64,000 nucleotides of DNA from Oikopleura dioica (taxonomy: Eukaryota > Animalia > Chordata), in assembly GCA_907165135.1 (NCBI GenBank), contig OU015568.1, positions 11,346,001 to 11,410,000 on the forward strand, in the 5' to 3' direction. The position numbers and the translations under genes were made by a program. Below are positions 1 to 11,454 of this stretch, one piece after another. The notes under the pieces were generated by a model. That model did not search any database. It worked only from the letters and a program-made list of their open reading frames with translations, and was not told where the DNA came from. Numbering within the stretch: position 1 is the stretch's first letter; the number at the start of each line of letters is the position of its first letter.

Positions 1-3000
1 TGTTATCACAGCTGGGAGTGCCGCTCGTTAATTTTTGACGTTCCTAGAAAGGTTACTTCGATTGATAAAAGTGGTAGTGGGGTTAATAAGTGAAATCGGA
101 GGGCGATTAACTTATGGTTTCACAAATAATTGCATCATTATTAATCGCTAATTACTGACGCCTCTTTTTCGATAATTTAGACATCAAATTGAGTAATTGA
201 ATTTCTTGTCGTTTGCGCGAAATTGCTAAAAAGACACCTCTCTTTCTTTCTCCCTGAGTCTAAAAATTCTAGTGTAAGTCGGTTCCGTTCACCCCCGCAA
301 TCTCATTTTCGGTTTTCCTTCTTTGTAAGTTCCTTCTGGTTTGTCTCAACCCTCTCTTGCATAAGATGATAAAGATAATATTTAACAGTAAAAGCAGAGA
401 ACTTTCACCTCCGACTGTTTAGCGAAAAAATAAATATTCGGCGCTCGAACATAGCGGTGCCTACCCAAAACATCACAGCCCCAAACGTGAGATCCCATTT
501 CTCGATAAATCTCTGCCCAGAAAGCTCTGTTTCGCAAATATCTACCGGCAGAGTGAAAAATAAAGCGCCGAATGACGGATTGTCGTGTCAGATTTTCGGA
601 GCTATTATTAATTGAATTAGAACTGTGAGAGAAGCCTCTAAAGACGACGGTGAAGAATAACCGTCTAATTCTGTTTCGCAATTAGAAACCGTAGACGAAA
701 TTTTCAGCCGCAAAGAATGATCCACGAATCTATAAAAATCCGTTCCCAAGGCCGACCGATTTTCCATTAGCTTATCTTACACGTAGTATTTTGAGTACGA
801 GATAATAGAGTGCGATTAATTGATAACGCGGCTTGGAACGGGCGATTCTATGGAATGAAATGTGAGATAACTTGCCGAACATGCCGTTTTCTGTGATGCA
901 AGATTCTATCTCGCTTGTTTAAAATCGAACAGGGTTCACATAGTACTGGGATTTCTGGTTTTAAGATTGTTCAGCATAAAGTTTACTACCAAATACAGCG
1001 GGATTCTCCCTTAATGTTGAACGCCATCTCAAAAATTATTGACTAGAAATCAATTTCGTAGGTCTAAGGTCCTCTATTGGTTTTTTGTTTACATGGAAAC
1101 GTCGATGATATGTTTAAAGCCTTGCTTTTGTAGGCTTGCAGTTAAAAATTTGTAAGGAACGTAGGAAGGGGATGAGGAAATAGTCTTGACGTTTTTTACA
1201 TAAGGTAAGCGTTTTCTTGGTGACCCTGGCTCGGATGGAGCTAAGAGGCGCGAGCGCAGCGCGGCGCGCGAGTGAGGGCGCTAGCTAGCCCGCGACGCGA
1301 AGCAATCGTGACAGCTCAGGTCACAGTCATCAATAGAGAGAGATTGAGAAGAGGTCACGTCAACTTTGTCCAGAAGAATCTAACGAAGATGAAACTTTCA
1401 ATCATTGCCGCTTCATTGCGAAAGGGTTCGAGATTTTTTTTTCTTTCAAATTCAGAGAATCATAAACGAAGAAAAATTTAAATGAAAAAATGTCAACCGT
1501 TGGTTATTTTCTCGTGATAGTCTTACTGACTGTTATTTTTTGCGCCGTTTTGAGTGTTCTTTTCGTCTATTTTTTTGCGTACTCAAAATTGTGAATTAAA
1601 ATTTCCAATTGAAGAAAGAGTGGCTATTTTAAATCAATTCATTTTAAGTTTTAAAATTTTATAGTTCAGTTGTCCATACCTTATCTTCATGCTCATAAAT
1701 TTCTCTCCAGATACTGCAATTTTGTGGAACTCTGCGTAACAAGCACGTGGAAATCGCTCGGATTTGTGGCAAAGGGTCAGCCCCCCCCTATTATACGCTT
1801 TGACTTTTGTTTTGCTTAAGGGTACTACCTTCGATTTCCCCAACATTAGCCTTGAATAACCCTTTACATGGCATGGATAGCGGGTATCATATGGCCTCTA
1901 AAAGTTAAACTATCTTAGATCTTTAATCTGTCAGAGGCGTTTTTGAATAGCTCAATGAAAAGTCGGCTAATTTCTAGCTTAAAAATATCATTGTTGCAAA
2001 AAAAGACTGAATAAACGGCGAAATAGCTCGAAAAGTAGCTTGAAAACTCAGCCTGATTATATTTTTTATATGTAAATTGAACCTTCATCTTAAAAATGAC
2101 AGAAGGTTTTCTTGATTGAAAAAGGAAAAATACCAAAATTAATTTTTTGAAAATTGTGTCTCTATGATTTTGCTAAAATTAAGCATTTTTCAAAATTTGG
2201 CGACGCATTTTTGTCTCTAGAAGCTAAAATTTCTTAGTTCAAGAATTAATGATCTCGCCATAATCCTCATCTTGTTCTGAGCTTCAAAACGACGCCTTAT
2301 TTGAAAGTATCGGACACCAAAAATTTTTTCGGAAAAAATTCTTTCTAGTAAAGAAATCAATTAAAACTCTAATTATTATGAAAACGCTTGACGTTATGAA
2401 TTAAACGTTTGGACCTTTTTTGGTCAGAATTTTATGAGGAATTCATTTCCGATGAAAAATTTAACATAACCGGTCATTGGGGTAATCGACGGTTGTACCC
2501 TTAACCCTGTCCAGCCAGTAGCACGTTTAACCTGTATTTTACGGGCAGCGGGCAAAACGTTGACCCGCAAACGTCATCACACCCAAGGTGTCTGGCAAAT
2601 AAGCCCGTCCAGCGACTCTCGCGGCCCAAAATTATCCACCTGGAAATTCTAAAATTTTTCATAATTACTTCTTTTCTCTTTAAATATAAGCAAGGCGCAT
2701 TTCTGTATATCGGAATGTAGCCAACGAATACGTGTGAAAAAAGTTCGAAACGAGCACATTTTTTTAAAATCTGAACTTTCAAGTTATTTAGCGAAAGCTT
2801 TCTTCCTTGATTTTTTCTTTGACTAAAATTGATGCTCTGGAAGCAGAAATATGTTGGGATAAGAAGCCGCATTTGCAAGAGCATTAGGAGTTTTATCACC
2901 CGACAAGATTACACAAAAAAATCCTGGTCGAGGTCAAGCTAAGCAGACCTCTAACGTTAACTTGAAATTATCTATGTTTGATTTGCTTATCTTCATTAAC

Positions 3001-3282
3001 CACTTGTCTACCATTACTGAAAGTCACGGAGCTTCTCTTGTTCACTTTTTTATTTAAAAATCAGAAATTGGAAAAAGCTGGGCGGAACATGAGCGCAGAT
3101 ACTTTTACAACTTGTAAATTACAAGTGCTCAGTAGAAACAATTTTTAACAAATGTGAGCTTCCTAAATAAATTATTCTTACCCTCCTTTTGGGTCGTTTT
3201 GATTTTATTTTTCTTTTATAAATTAAAAAATTTCCGAAAAACAGATAAAAAATAAGTTACTTATTATACTTAAATAACGGCA

Positions 3283-3419
3283 CGGCAACCTGTGTAGAAA
3301 ACCTGAGTCAGGATCTTGAAAGATTTTGATTGGACAGTATTTTTCTAGCGCTTTTAAAAAAGCCGCTTTTATCAGAGCACTTTTAGGACCCTGACTCAGG
3401 TTTTTTGGACAGATTGCCG
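3283..3419. repeat. ~137-bp palindromic (MITE-like) element
   Basis: Arms cggcaacctgtgtagaaaacctgagtcagg (3283-3312) and cctgactcaggttttttggacagattgccg (3390-3419) are near reverse complements; no clear TSD. Confidence 0.7.
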
Positions 3420-6400
3420 AACCAAAGAACTGGTCTACTTTGTCAATTTTGTATTCAATCAGACATTCAGGAAAAAATATCGAGAAAAAAACTGCGCTGC
3501 TATTTTGTCAAGCATTTCTGCTGGGATAACAACGTAGTTACTCGCTAACCACTAGGCCTGCGGTTGCACCTTCAATGCCCAGTAAATATGTGATGATCAA
3601 GTTTAGAAAAAAACAAAGAATGCAGAGAACGTGGCAGTAATGGGCGAGTATGCTCGCAAGCTGCAATTAACCGCATGAAGATAACGGAAAGAAACACTTT
3701 TCGCATTCACCAACTAAACGCGTGAAAACGTGATAACCCCTTTTCAGATAACATTTTCTGCAAAAACGACAAATTCTTCGTTTTCAAGTTAAAATTCCAA
3801 TTTCAAGTTCGAACCTTTTCAATTTTTTAAACTGACCTTTTATTCGGCAATTTCTAATGAATCTGTTATTCCAAGATCTCTTCGATTAGAACGCTCTCAA
3901 ATCGAGGTTGCAATGAAATTGTTTTAGCAATCTTTCTCGAACCCTCAAAAAGCTTTCCGTTCAAAGCAGAAACCCTCAACGTGATCAGCACTCAAAGACT
4001 CTTCTCTACCTTACCGACTTGGAGCACGAGTTTCGTTCAAGAACAAAACATCTAGATACTAAGGTGAGATTCGATAATAGCTTTTCTTAATAAAATAGAA
4101 ATAAGGGTGTCACAGTGCTAAATCTTGAAAACAAAAGCTAGCCATGTCCACGTCCTCAAGATTCTTAATTGCTAATCTCTTTCTAATACTATCTCTGGTT
4201 CGTAGAATAGGTGTTTTCCAGGTTTTATCGTCGAGTACTTATCGTCAAATAATCCATCCCTGATACTCTAATCGACTCGCACGAGAGCATGTTCCTCTTA
4301 TCGTAAAAGCGGGATTCGGTGGAACTTGTTGTCGGGCGACTGGCGAGCTGGCTTCTTTCTAAGCCCCGGCGAAGCACCGCTCGACGGAAACGGCCCGTTC
4401 ATTTCGAGTTGTCCCCTGACAGTCAGGAATCTTGTAAAAATACGCAGTTCCGCGCGCCCTGGTGTTTACCGAATCGCACATCAATCATCACTGGCATTTT
4501 TTGTGGCTCTTCTATGTTCGAGGCCGGAACTGGCTTACGCTCGAAGTGGATTTTTAGAACTTCTTTTTCATGTCAAGATTGATCTTACGTTTTTGGATCA
4601 ATCAACTGTATAACTCAAATTCATGAAAATATCTTTCCTATTGGCAAGTCCAAACATACTTAATTTTAATTTTCAACATCATGTCAGCACAATGTTATTA
4701 CCGCTGCGAAATGTAACGAAACAAATTCAGGATGAAGTAAACGAACAGATGAGCAACATTGTCCAAATGTTCCACGACCATCGAACAAGCTCATGCTACA
4801 ATCATCGCGCTCACACGCAAGTAAAAGGCCACCTGGAATCCGCAGGAACAAGTGAAAAACAGTTCGTTTTCGTTAATCCAAGCTAATTCAACTAAAGTTG
4901 GACAACTATTCGCACGCTTGGAAGATGGTTTTGAGCGTGACGTTTTCGTAGGGTTGACTGAATGGCTTTGGAATACCAAAAATACCGCAAGTAGGAGGAC
5001 GAGCTATTAAGGCATGACTTCCTGTTGACATTCTGTCTGCATAGCTACATGCGGTGTAGATAGCCGATCTCAGGGGATTCTCTTACTTCTGTAATTGAAT
5101 TATGAATCCTGTTATTGATTTTATATGTTCGTAGGAAATTTAACGGTCGACCTCGCCACAAATCATATTTTCCGCGCTACAAGATGAAATAAGTGTTGAT
5201 GCTTCTTCTTCGAATTCCACTAAAGGGGCAAATTAGACTTGATCGGAAAAACGCTAGGTTTCACGGGGCCAATTATCAGATGAAAATTGCCACATCGAGT
5301 CGTCGAGAAACATTTTTTTCAAGTGACGTTTCTTGACGGAAGTTTCTTATTATGCAAAGAAAGGGATAAGGTGTACTTTAAGACTTTTCAGGAAAATAAA
5401 GATTTAGGACTAAGAGGCACCTGTTTCAACCCTTCTATCTTCTGATAAAGCTCTGATCCAATTATCAAATAAATGAGCTTTGAAGCCATTTAGCGGCGAG
5501 ATAAAAAAAAACCACCATGAGGTGATTTTTATAGAAAGTTCCAAAGTACTCGCGAAATTTTTATGCGAAGGAATTTTTTTATCTGTATTCGGAATTCATA
5601 AACTATCGTCGATTTTTAGCGCTTGATCGTGCAGAATGGAAAGTCACAAAGGAAAACAAGTGAGGATCCACCGTTAAATAATCCGTTTATTCAATTTTTC
5701 GCCAAAACAGTGGCCGCAATCACCATTTTTCGAAGTGAAACGTTGTTGCTGGTTAAAATACCACTCCAGAATTGGAAAGCGCTGGAAACATGTCCGTTCC
5801 TTAGTTATATTTGCCGCCATAATAGATGGCTATTTGCACAACAAGCATTAATATGAAAATGCGGCAGCTTCTGAACTCTTTTTCACTTTGCTAAAGATGG
5901 ACTCATGGATTACGCAACCATTTTGACGAAAATGATCGACCATGCTTTTGGAGACTGTGAACAGTACATAGGAATGTTGAGAAAAAATAATGATACCGCG
6001 AGAATTCACGAAAAACAATACTTTTATTTAGCCAATCAGAGCTTTATAAATAGCGCCATCTAACGAGCAGTAAAAAGAAAAAAAGAGGACGCGTCGTTTT
6101 TCATTCGAAAATATGCTAATTGTGAGCTTACAAATTGAAAAAATTCTGACACGTTTTAGAAATCTCCCATTTTAGGGAATTACCCCATCATAAGTATCGC
6201 GTAAGCCTAAATATTGCATGAAAATCTCGAAGTCGGTATATTTTCTCAATCACTCGAAAGATATCGCCGGCAAAGCGGCCGAACTGCGATGGAAGCTACT
6301 CGAGGACCCCAATGCAGAAGAGGATTATTAAAAAGTTTTTAGTTTTAAGAAACTTTCCAGAGCCGCAAATCGCTCGCGAAAGTTGAACAAAAACCAGCAA

Positions 6401-7450
6401 ATTCTCCCGCTTTTGTACAAAATCACCTCCAAAAAGTTCCGATCGCAGCAGAGAGCCCACTTTTTTCAAAAATCTCGGAAAATTTTTCTTACCAAAAAGT
6501 TTCGGGGCCTAATTTTCGAGCGAAGAGGGTTCGAAACTTTCAATTTTTACATAACAACACAAAAAATTATAAAATCGCAAAAACGACTTTCAAAAAAATA
6601 TTTTCGACATAGCTCGACTTTCGCCGATTCAAACTCAAAAAAATGGTAAGGCTTTAGAAAAAAAAATATACCGGAAGAGGATGAAGATGAAAGAAGAGTT
6701 CGAGTGCTACAGTTTTAAGTTTTAAAACTTTTCAAAAACCGATTACTTGTAAATAAACTTTATACATGCTTAAAAATCAAAAACTGCTTGTTGAAAATCC
6801 TTCATTTTTATCGCAAATTTAAAAACTCATCAGCTTTCTACGAAACCACAGAACGCATGCAATTCCAAAAGTCGCGGCAAAGAACAGTTCCAAAAGATTT
6901 GCAATACGTATACTCCAAAACAGCGTTGCCAATTTGTTGCAAGAAAACACACCCTTTATGCTAATTGAATTGTATTTTTTCGCGGTTGAAGATGCTTCGC
7001 GCGATTCTGACGTGTTTCTAGCAGTTCGAAGCCGGCTTTAGAATTCTAGTGCTGATTTAACGAGCAAAATCCTTCGAGTTGTGAATACTGTATTTTACAA
7101 TTGAAGAAAAACAGACATTTAACAAACATAGACAAAACAGTATTTAACCTCCGAAAGCCACAGTTTAGGTGTATGAATCTATTTCGTGTTTCTTAACACT
7201 CGATTCAAATTTTGAGAGAGGCCTCTTTCTATACAAAACCGCGCTGAGGAGCCGCGAACGTGCAGTGCTCCAAGAGGCGGTGTACTAAAAATGCAGATTT
7301 ACGCGCACAGAGGCTATTGAATCGGATCTCTGATAGCATCGCACCACGTTTACTCTCTCCAGGGAGTATTTTGCTAAAGCAAGAAAATAGTTATGATTCA
7401 TCAAAAGGGGAAATTCGAGCTATTTCCTGTGTGAGATTTTTATAGAGAAA

Positions 7451-7842
7451 ATGTCAAAGTCAATCATAAAAAACTATGATAAGTAAATATTACAATTAAT
7501 TATTAAGGGGGGTTTTTAACCTTATCTACAAGAAGAACCTTTCGTCCTACTGTTGTAACCATCGTTCAATGAAACTTTTATTTTAGTATCTTCTCGGACG
7601 CTGGCGACTCGTTGGATAATGTTTCGGTCCTTTCAGATGCTAGTCAATCCGATCACGAGCAAGAGCAGGTAGTTCACAAAATTACGCTGTAATTGACTTA
7701 TTGTAACGTTTAGATAGACGAGGAGGCTTATGCGCAATATGCAAAAGAGAAAGAAGGCTTTTTCAAAAGGATTGTGGGAACGCTTACCCTCAAGCGCAAG
7801 AAAAAGGCTCAAAAAACTGTCGCCAAAGACATTAATCTTTAA
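7451..7842 (+). CDS. Small spliced orphan protein (80 aa, acidic N-half, basic C-half)
   Basis: Exons 7451-7482, 7587-7668, 7714-7842 joined by GT-AG introns (104 and 45 nt) give MSKSIIKNYDNIFSDAGDSLDNVSVLSDASQSDHEQEQIDEEAYAQYAKEKEGFFKRIVGTLTLKRKKKAQKTVAKDINL*; a ttttatag acceptor precedes the ATG. No homology recognised. Confidence 0.55.
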
Positions 7843-8340
7843 CTTTCTAAACATCGCGGACAGTTATGCTGTTTTAATCGTGATCTTTGATACAAAACAG
7901 AAATAAATATTTATCGCAATTTCGCAAAGGCTAATTGCCACTTTCGGGAATTCTAGTGCTCGAGTTATTTTGTTTTCCAAAATTCAAGAGGCGCTGACGA
8001 GAGAGTGCCCATTTTGGCAGGTGCACTGCGTCTAAGACTTGAATTTATTTTCCGCTTTCCAACACAAGATAAAAATACAAACCATAACTTTCTTTCTTTA
8101 AAGTTTTTCTATATCGAAAATTTTAGTTGACGAATGATGAGTGAAGTTAAGCTTAACTTAAGCATAAATGCACCAATAAAGCTACTAGGGTCGGCACCGA
8201 CCACCATTTTCCCAGGTCGGGTTTGTCGGTCTCCCAGAAATTGGGCGTAATCCGTGGTCGCTTTGGTGGGTCGGGTCGCCTTACTTTTTTTTCGGTTTTT
8301 GGTCGGTCGGTGGTCGGTTTTTGGTCGGGTTGGGTTGTGT

Positions 8341-9030
8341 GGATCCCCCCCCCCCCCGATTTCTCAAGTCTTTACGATGGGTGTCTATGTGGCATTTTTT
8401 AGAATCCCCGTGTTCTGAGGATCATTTTGATATACTATATGTCCCCCTTACGAGCATCTTTACCCAAAATTTTGACCCTCGAAAATCGTAAAAATGCATG
8501 TAATTTGTACTAAGCGTGAAAATCCCAATTTTTTCGACTTTTCGATGTCATCGAAAATAGACGTATAAGGGGTCTTTCGAATGCTTACAGTGCACTGAGA
8601 AAGAATCTGATAACCGCATTCAGATTTTCGGCCATAAATTGGCGCTAGAGAGCAATTTAGAGCCATAAAAGGGCCAAAATGGCATCAAAAAGTTTTTCTT
8701 AAGAAAAAATTTTTCTTACTAAACCAAATGACTTCTCTGTACAAGAGTTTGAAGATTAAACTCTATTCGTTCTGAATCTAGTCCCAGATTACTTCTAGTT
8801 AAGCCCAAAAAAAAGGATTTTGCCGTTGAAAATGGCCCAAAACGGCGTTTTTTCAAAATTCACTAAGTTCAGCGCCCCCGTGTGGCAGGTTTGCGTTGAC
8901 GGATTTTTTTCTCTGTACTAGAGAATTAGCCGCTATAAGCGAGCTTTCATTTGCGCTATTGCACGTGTAAAATGATAAGCCCAAAAAAAATAGTTCGCCA
9001 TTGAAAATGGCGAAAACGGGGGGGGGGTCC
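8341..9030. mobile_element. Nested ~690-bp element with poly-C/poly-G inverted termini
   Basis: Starts ggatc(C13), ends (G10)tcc followed by cttaag; internal ~45-bp imperfect direct repeats agcccaaaaaaaa...ttgaaaatggc near 8793 and 8978. Confidence 0.45.
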
Positions 9031-9048
9031 CTTAAGACAGTAGAAAAT

Positions 9049-9093
9049 CATTTTTTTTCAATATGGGAGCGCTCGAGGCATTTTATTGTTGCA
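9049..9093 (+). repeat. ~44-bp direct repeat, copy 1
   Basis: cattttttttcaatatgggagcgctcgaggcattttattgttgca recurs at 11040-11083 with one substitution and one T-run difference. Confidence 0.9.
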
Positions 9094-9238
9094 AAAAAAA
9101 CCAGGCAAAGTAGATTTTGGAATTCATGATTTATGATTTATTTCTATATTTACACTCTTACAAATTCTATTTGCAAATTTGCGTGGCAAGCACTCTCTGG
9201 CAAGAATGCAACCGCGTTTTAATTAATGCCAAGAAAGA

Positions 9239-10822
9239 ATGAGAAACGAAACAGAGCTTTGGTTTGAAGAAAATGGTTGGAAAATACCAGTCGGTATTCT
9301 TAGCGTTGGCTCGCTTCTTTTGTTCGTATGTTTTAATCCGAAGAACTTGAGGACGAGAGGAGTCGAAGTGGCGAAAGAAAATACGAGTAGAATCTGCGTG
9401 AGTGCGTTTTTATATCTTTTCGACATTTTGTAAGTTTCAGAATTATGCTTTTATGAAGAAAAATTATAGATCCGATATTGCCCTTGGAATTTCTTTCATT
9501 ATCAGAGGCGAAATTTATTGGGGAGTCGCGACGTTTCTTCTCGTCTTGATATCTGGCTGGCTTGTTGCGGGCTACTCATATTTTTACAGTTCAAAGAGGA
9601 TTTATGGAAAAGATGATGATACAGGATCATTGGCGATCGGTCACGTGTTCCTTGTCGGTCCATTTATGCATTACCTGCATTATTATCAAATAATGAAAGC
9701 TCGACAACAAAAATCGAAAAAAGTAGCTAAAAAAGAGCTCAATAAGATACGAGACGAATTGTTAAAAATACGAGCTCTTGAAGCTGCAACGGAAGCTGCG
9801 CCCCAGGTTTAAGGCCTTCACATCGCTCTTTAATATTCTTTGCTAGCTGTTGATTCAAATCTTCTTCATACAAAAATGTCTCCATTCTGATTCCGACGAA
9901 AACTGTATCAGCACTCTTCAGATTTTGTCACTTATCAGCTCCCTCCTCACTTTTACGTACATGACAACAAAGAGGAAGAACTTACAGTACAAGTCGAAGC
10001 TGAATACGCAACGAAAACTTTATGTCTTTTTCATGGTAAATTTCTTCTTCATCATTGATTCAATAATTATTTCAGCAATTTTTAATCGTATACCCACGAA
10101 TCTACTTTCTTGGTCTATTTTTCTACCGCCGGCATATTGGCTGCCTTGTTCTTTATATCATTCACTGGCTAATTATTTTCTGGTTCAAGCATACGCTGGA
10201 GACGAAAGATAGAATCATGACTTTTCTCGATGTTTTTGTGTTTGATTTGGATGACGGAAGGATGCTTGTTGGAATTTTCAATTTTATTTTGATCTGTTTC
10301 GAGAACTGGGTGATCTACATGGCGACGAGAAAGACTTTGCAGATATCAGAAGAGATTCAGCTCAGTGTTTATAATATTGTTCCGGCATCAATAATTTTTA
10401 ACATCTTTTGGACGATCATGATTGCACCAAGAGCGTCCGAAAATCGTGAAAAATATATAAAAGTGATAAAAACCAAAGGATCAAGTTTAGGAAAAATAAC
10501 ATATAAAGAAAGAGCTTCTTCTATTCTAGAAAAGCATCAGTCTTCTGTGTCGCGTCCTTCTTTGTCTTTGTCGCTGCCTTCTTTGTCTTTGTCGCCGCCT
10601 TCTTTGTCTTTGTCGCTTGACGAATTCGTCTATAACTATGACTTCGATAATGATACAAACGATGATGGTAGAGACGATAATGATGATGGTGAAATATATG
10701 AACTGAAAAAGGTCAATTCTGACATGTCTCCTGATGGGAAACTAGAAGTTCCGAAAGACTTCCGGGAAGAATTAAGTCAAAAATTAAAGTCAAAATTGAG
10801 TCAACCCAACTCTTCCTCGTAA
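9239..10822 (+). CDS. XK-related (XKR) membrane protein / putative lipid scramblase
   Basis: Three short GT-AG introns (about 9430-9470, 9808-9848, 10036-10077) join the ORF pieces into FDILSDIALG ... EAAPQLLIQIF ... YPRIYFLGLF ... IIHW, the XK-family D-x-x-D, APQ, R and HW motifs; multiple hydrophobic helices. Confidence 0.85.
10556..10616 (+). repeat. 3 x 21-bp coding tandem repeat (PSLSLSL)
   Basis: ccttctttgtctttgtcgc(t/c)g three times within the XK C-terminal tail. Confidence 0.9.
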
Positions 10823-10913
10823 CCTATTTTACTTAAAGTCTTGAGTCAAGACGCCTGACATATTTTTAATCTGAACCTGAGAATAAATGAAACTTTGATC
10901 AAAACTTGGAATT

Positions 10914-11037
10914 TGCCTGGCGTCGGATTTGCCTAACGGGATTTTGACCTGAGCGTCGGATTTACCTGCAAGGTCAAACCCCCGTTCAGGTCAATCCGAC
11001 GCCAGGTCAAACCCCCGCTCAAGTAAATCCCCCGGCA
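10914..11037. repeat. Palindromic MITE-like array of ~19-bp subunits
   Basis: tgcc...ggca ends; cctg(g/a)gcgtcggatt and ggtcaaacccccg subunits occur in both orientations. Confidence 0.65.
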
Positions 11038-11039
11038 GC

Positions 11040-11083
11040 CATTTTTTTCAATATAGGAGCGCTCGAGGCATTTTATTGTTGCA
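11040..11083 (+). repeat. ~44-bp direct repeat, copy 2
   Basis: Matches 9049-9093. Confidence 0.9.
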
Positions 11084-11454
11084 GTTGAACGTAGGTTTCC
11101 GACCAACCCGACCAAAAAACACTCACCGACCGACCAAAACTGACCTAAAACCGACCAACGTCCGACCAAATCCGACCACCGACCAAATAAAGAAAAAAAT
11201 CTGGGTTGGTCGGAAATCAAATCAACCCGACAAAACCCGACTAGGTCGGGTTTTGGTCGGAGGTCGGTGCCGACTCTAGCCAATAAAGGGCAGAGACTTT
11301 TAGTTAATTACCTGTTAATAACAGTCTGTTATGATATCATTGTTATATAACAATTTGGTGTCTCATTCGATCCAGTTTATTGTTATAAATTCTTGGCAGT
11401 AATAAGTTAGTAACAAAATGTACAGTTTTTTTTTCATATTTGTCCTTCGATTTT

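Larger units (their letters stand above)
8173..11288. mobile_element. Putative non-autonomous DNA transposon cassette (TIR-bounded, 9-bp direct repeat) carrying an XK gene
   Basis: Terminal IR ctagggtcggcaccgacc (8185-8202) vs ggtcggtgccgactctag (11262-11279), 17/18 match. Degenerate GGTCGG-rich arms 8185-8340 and 11095-11279. ccaataaag at 8173-8181 and 11280-11288 (left copy separated from the TIR by cta). Confidence 0.6.

Noticed and set aside
4791-4979. FTCSCG as a SWIM finger of a decayed MULE transposase
   Set aside because: The downstream C-x-H ligands and any DDE region are missing; too short to support.
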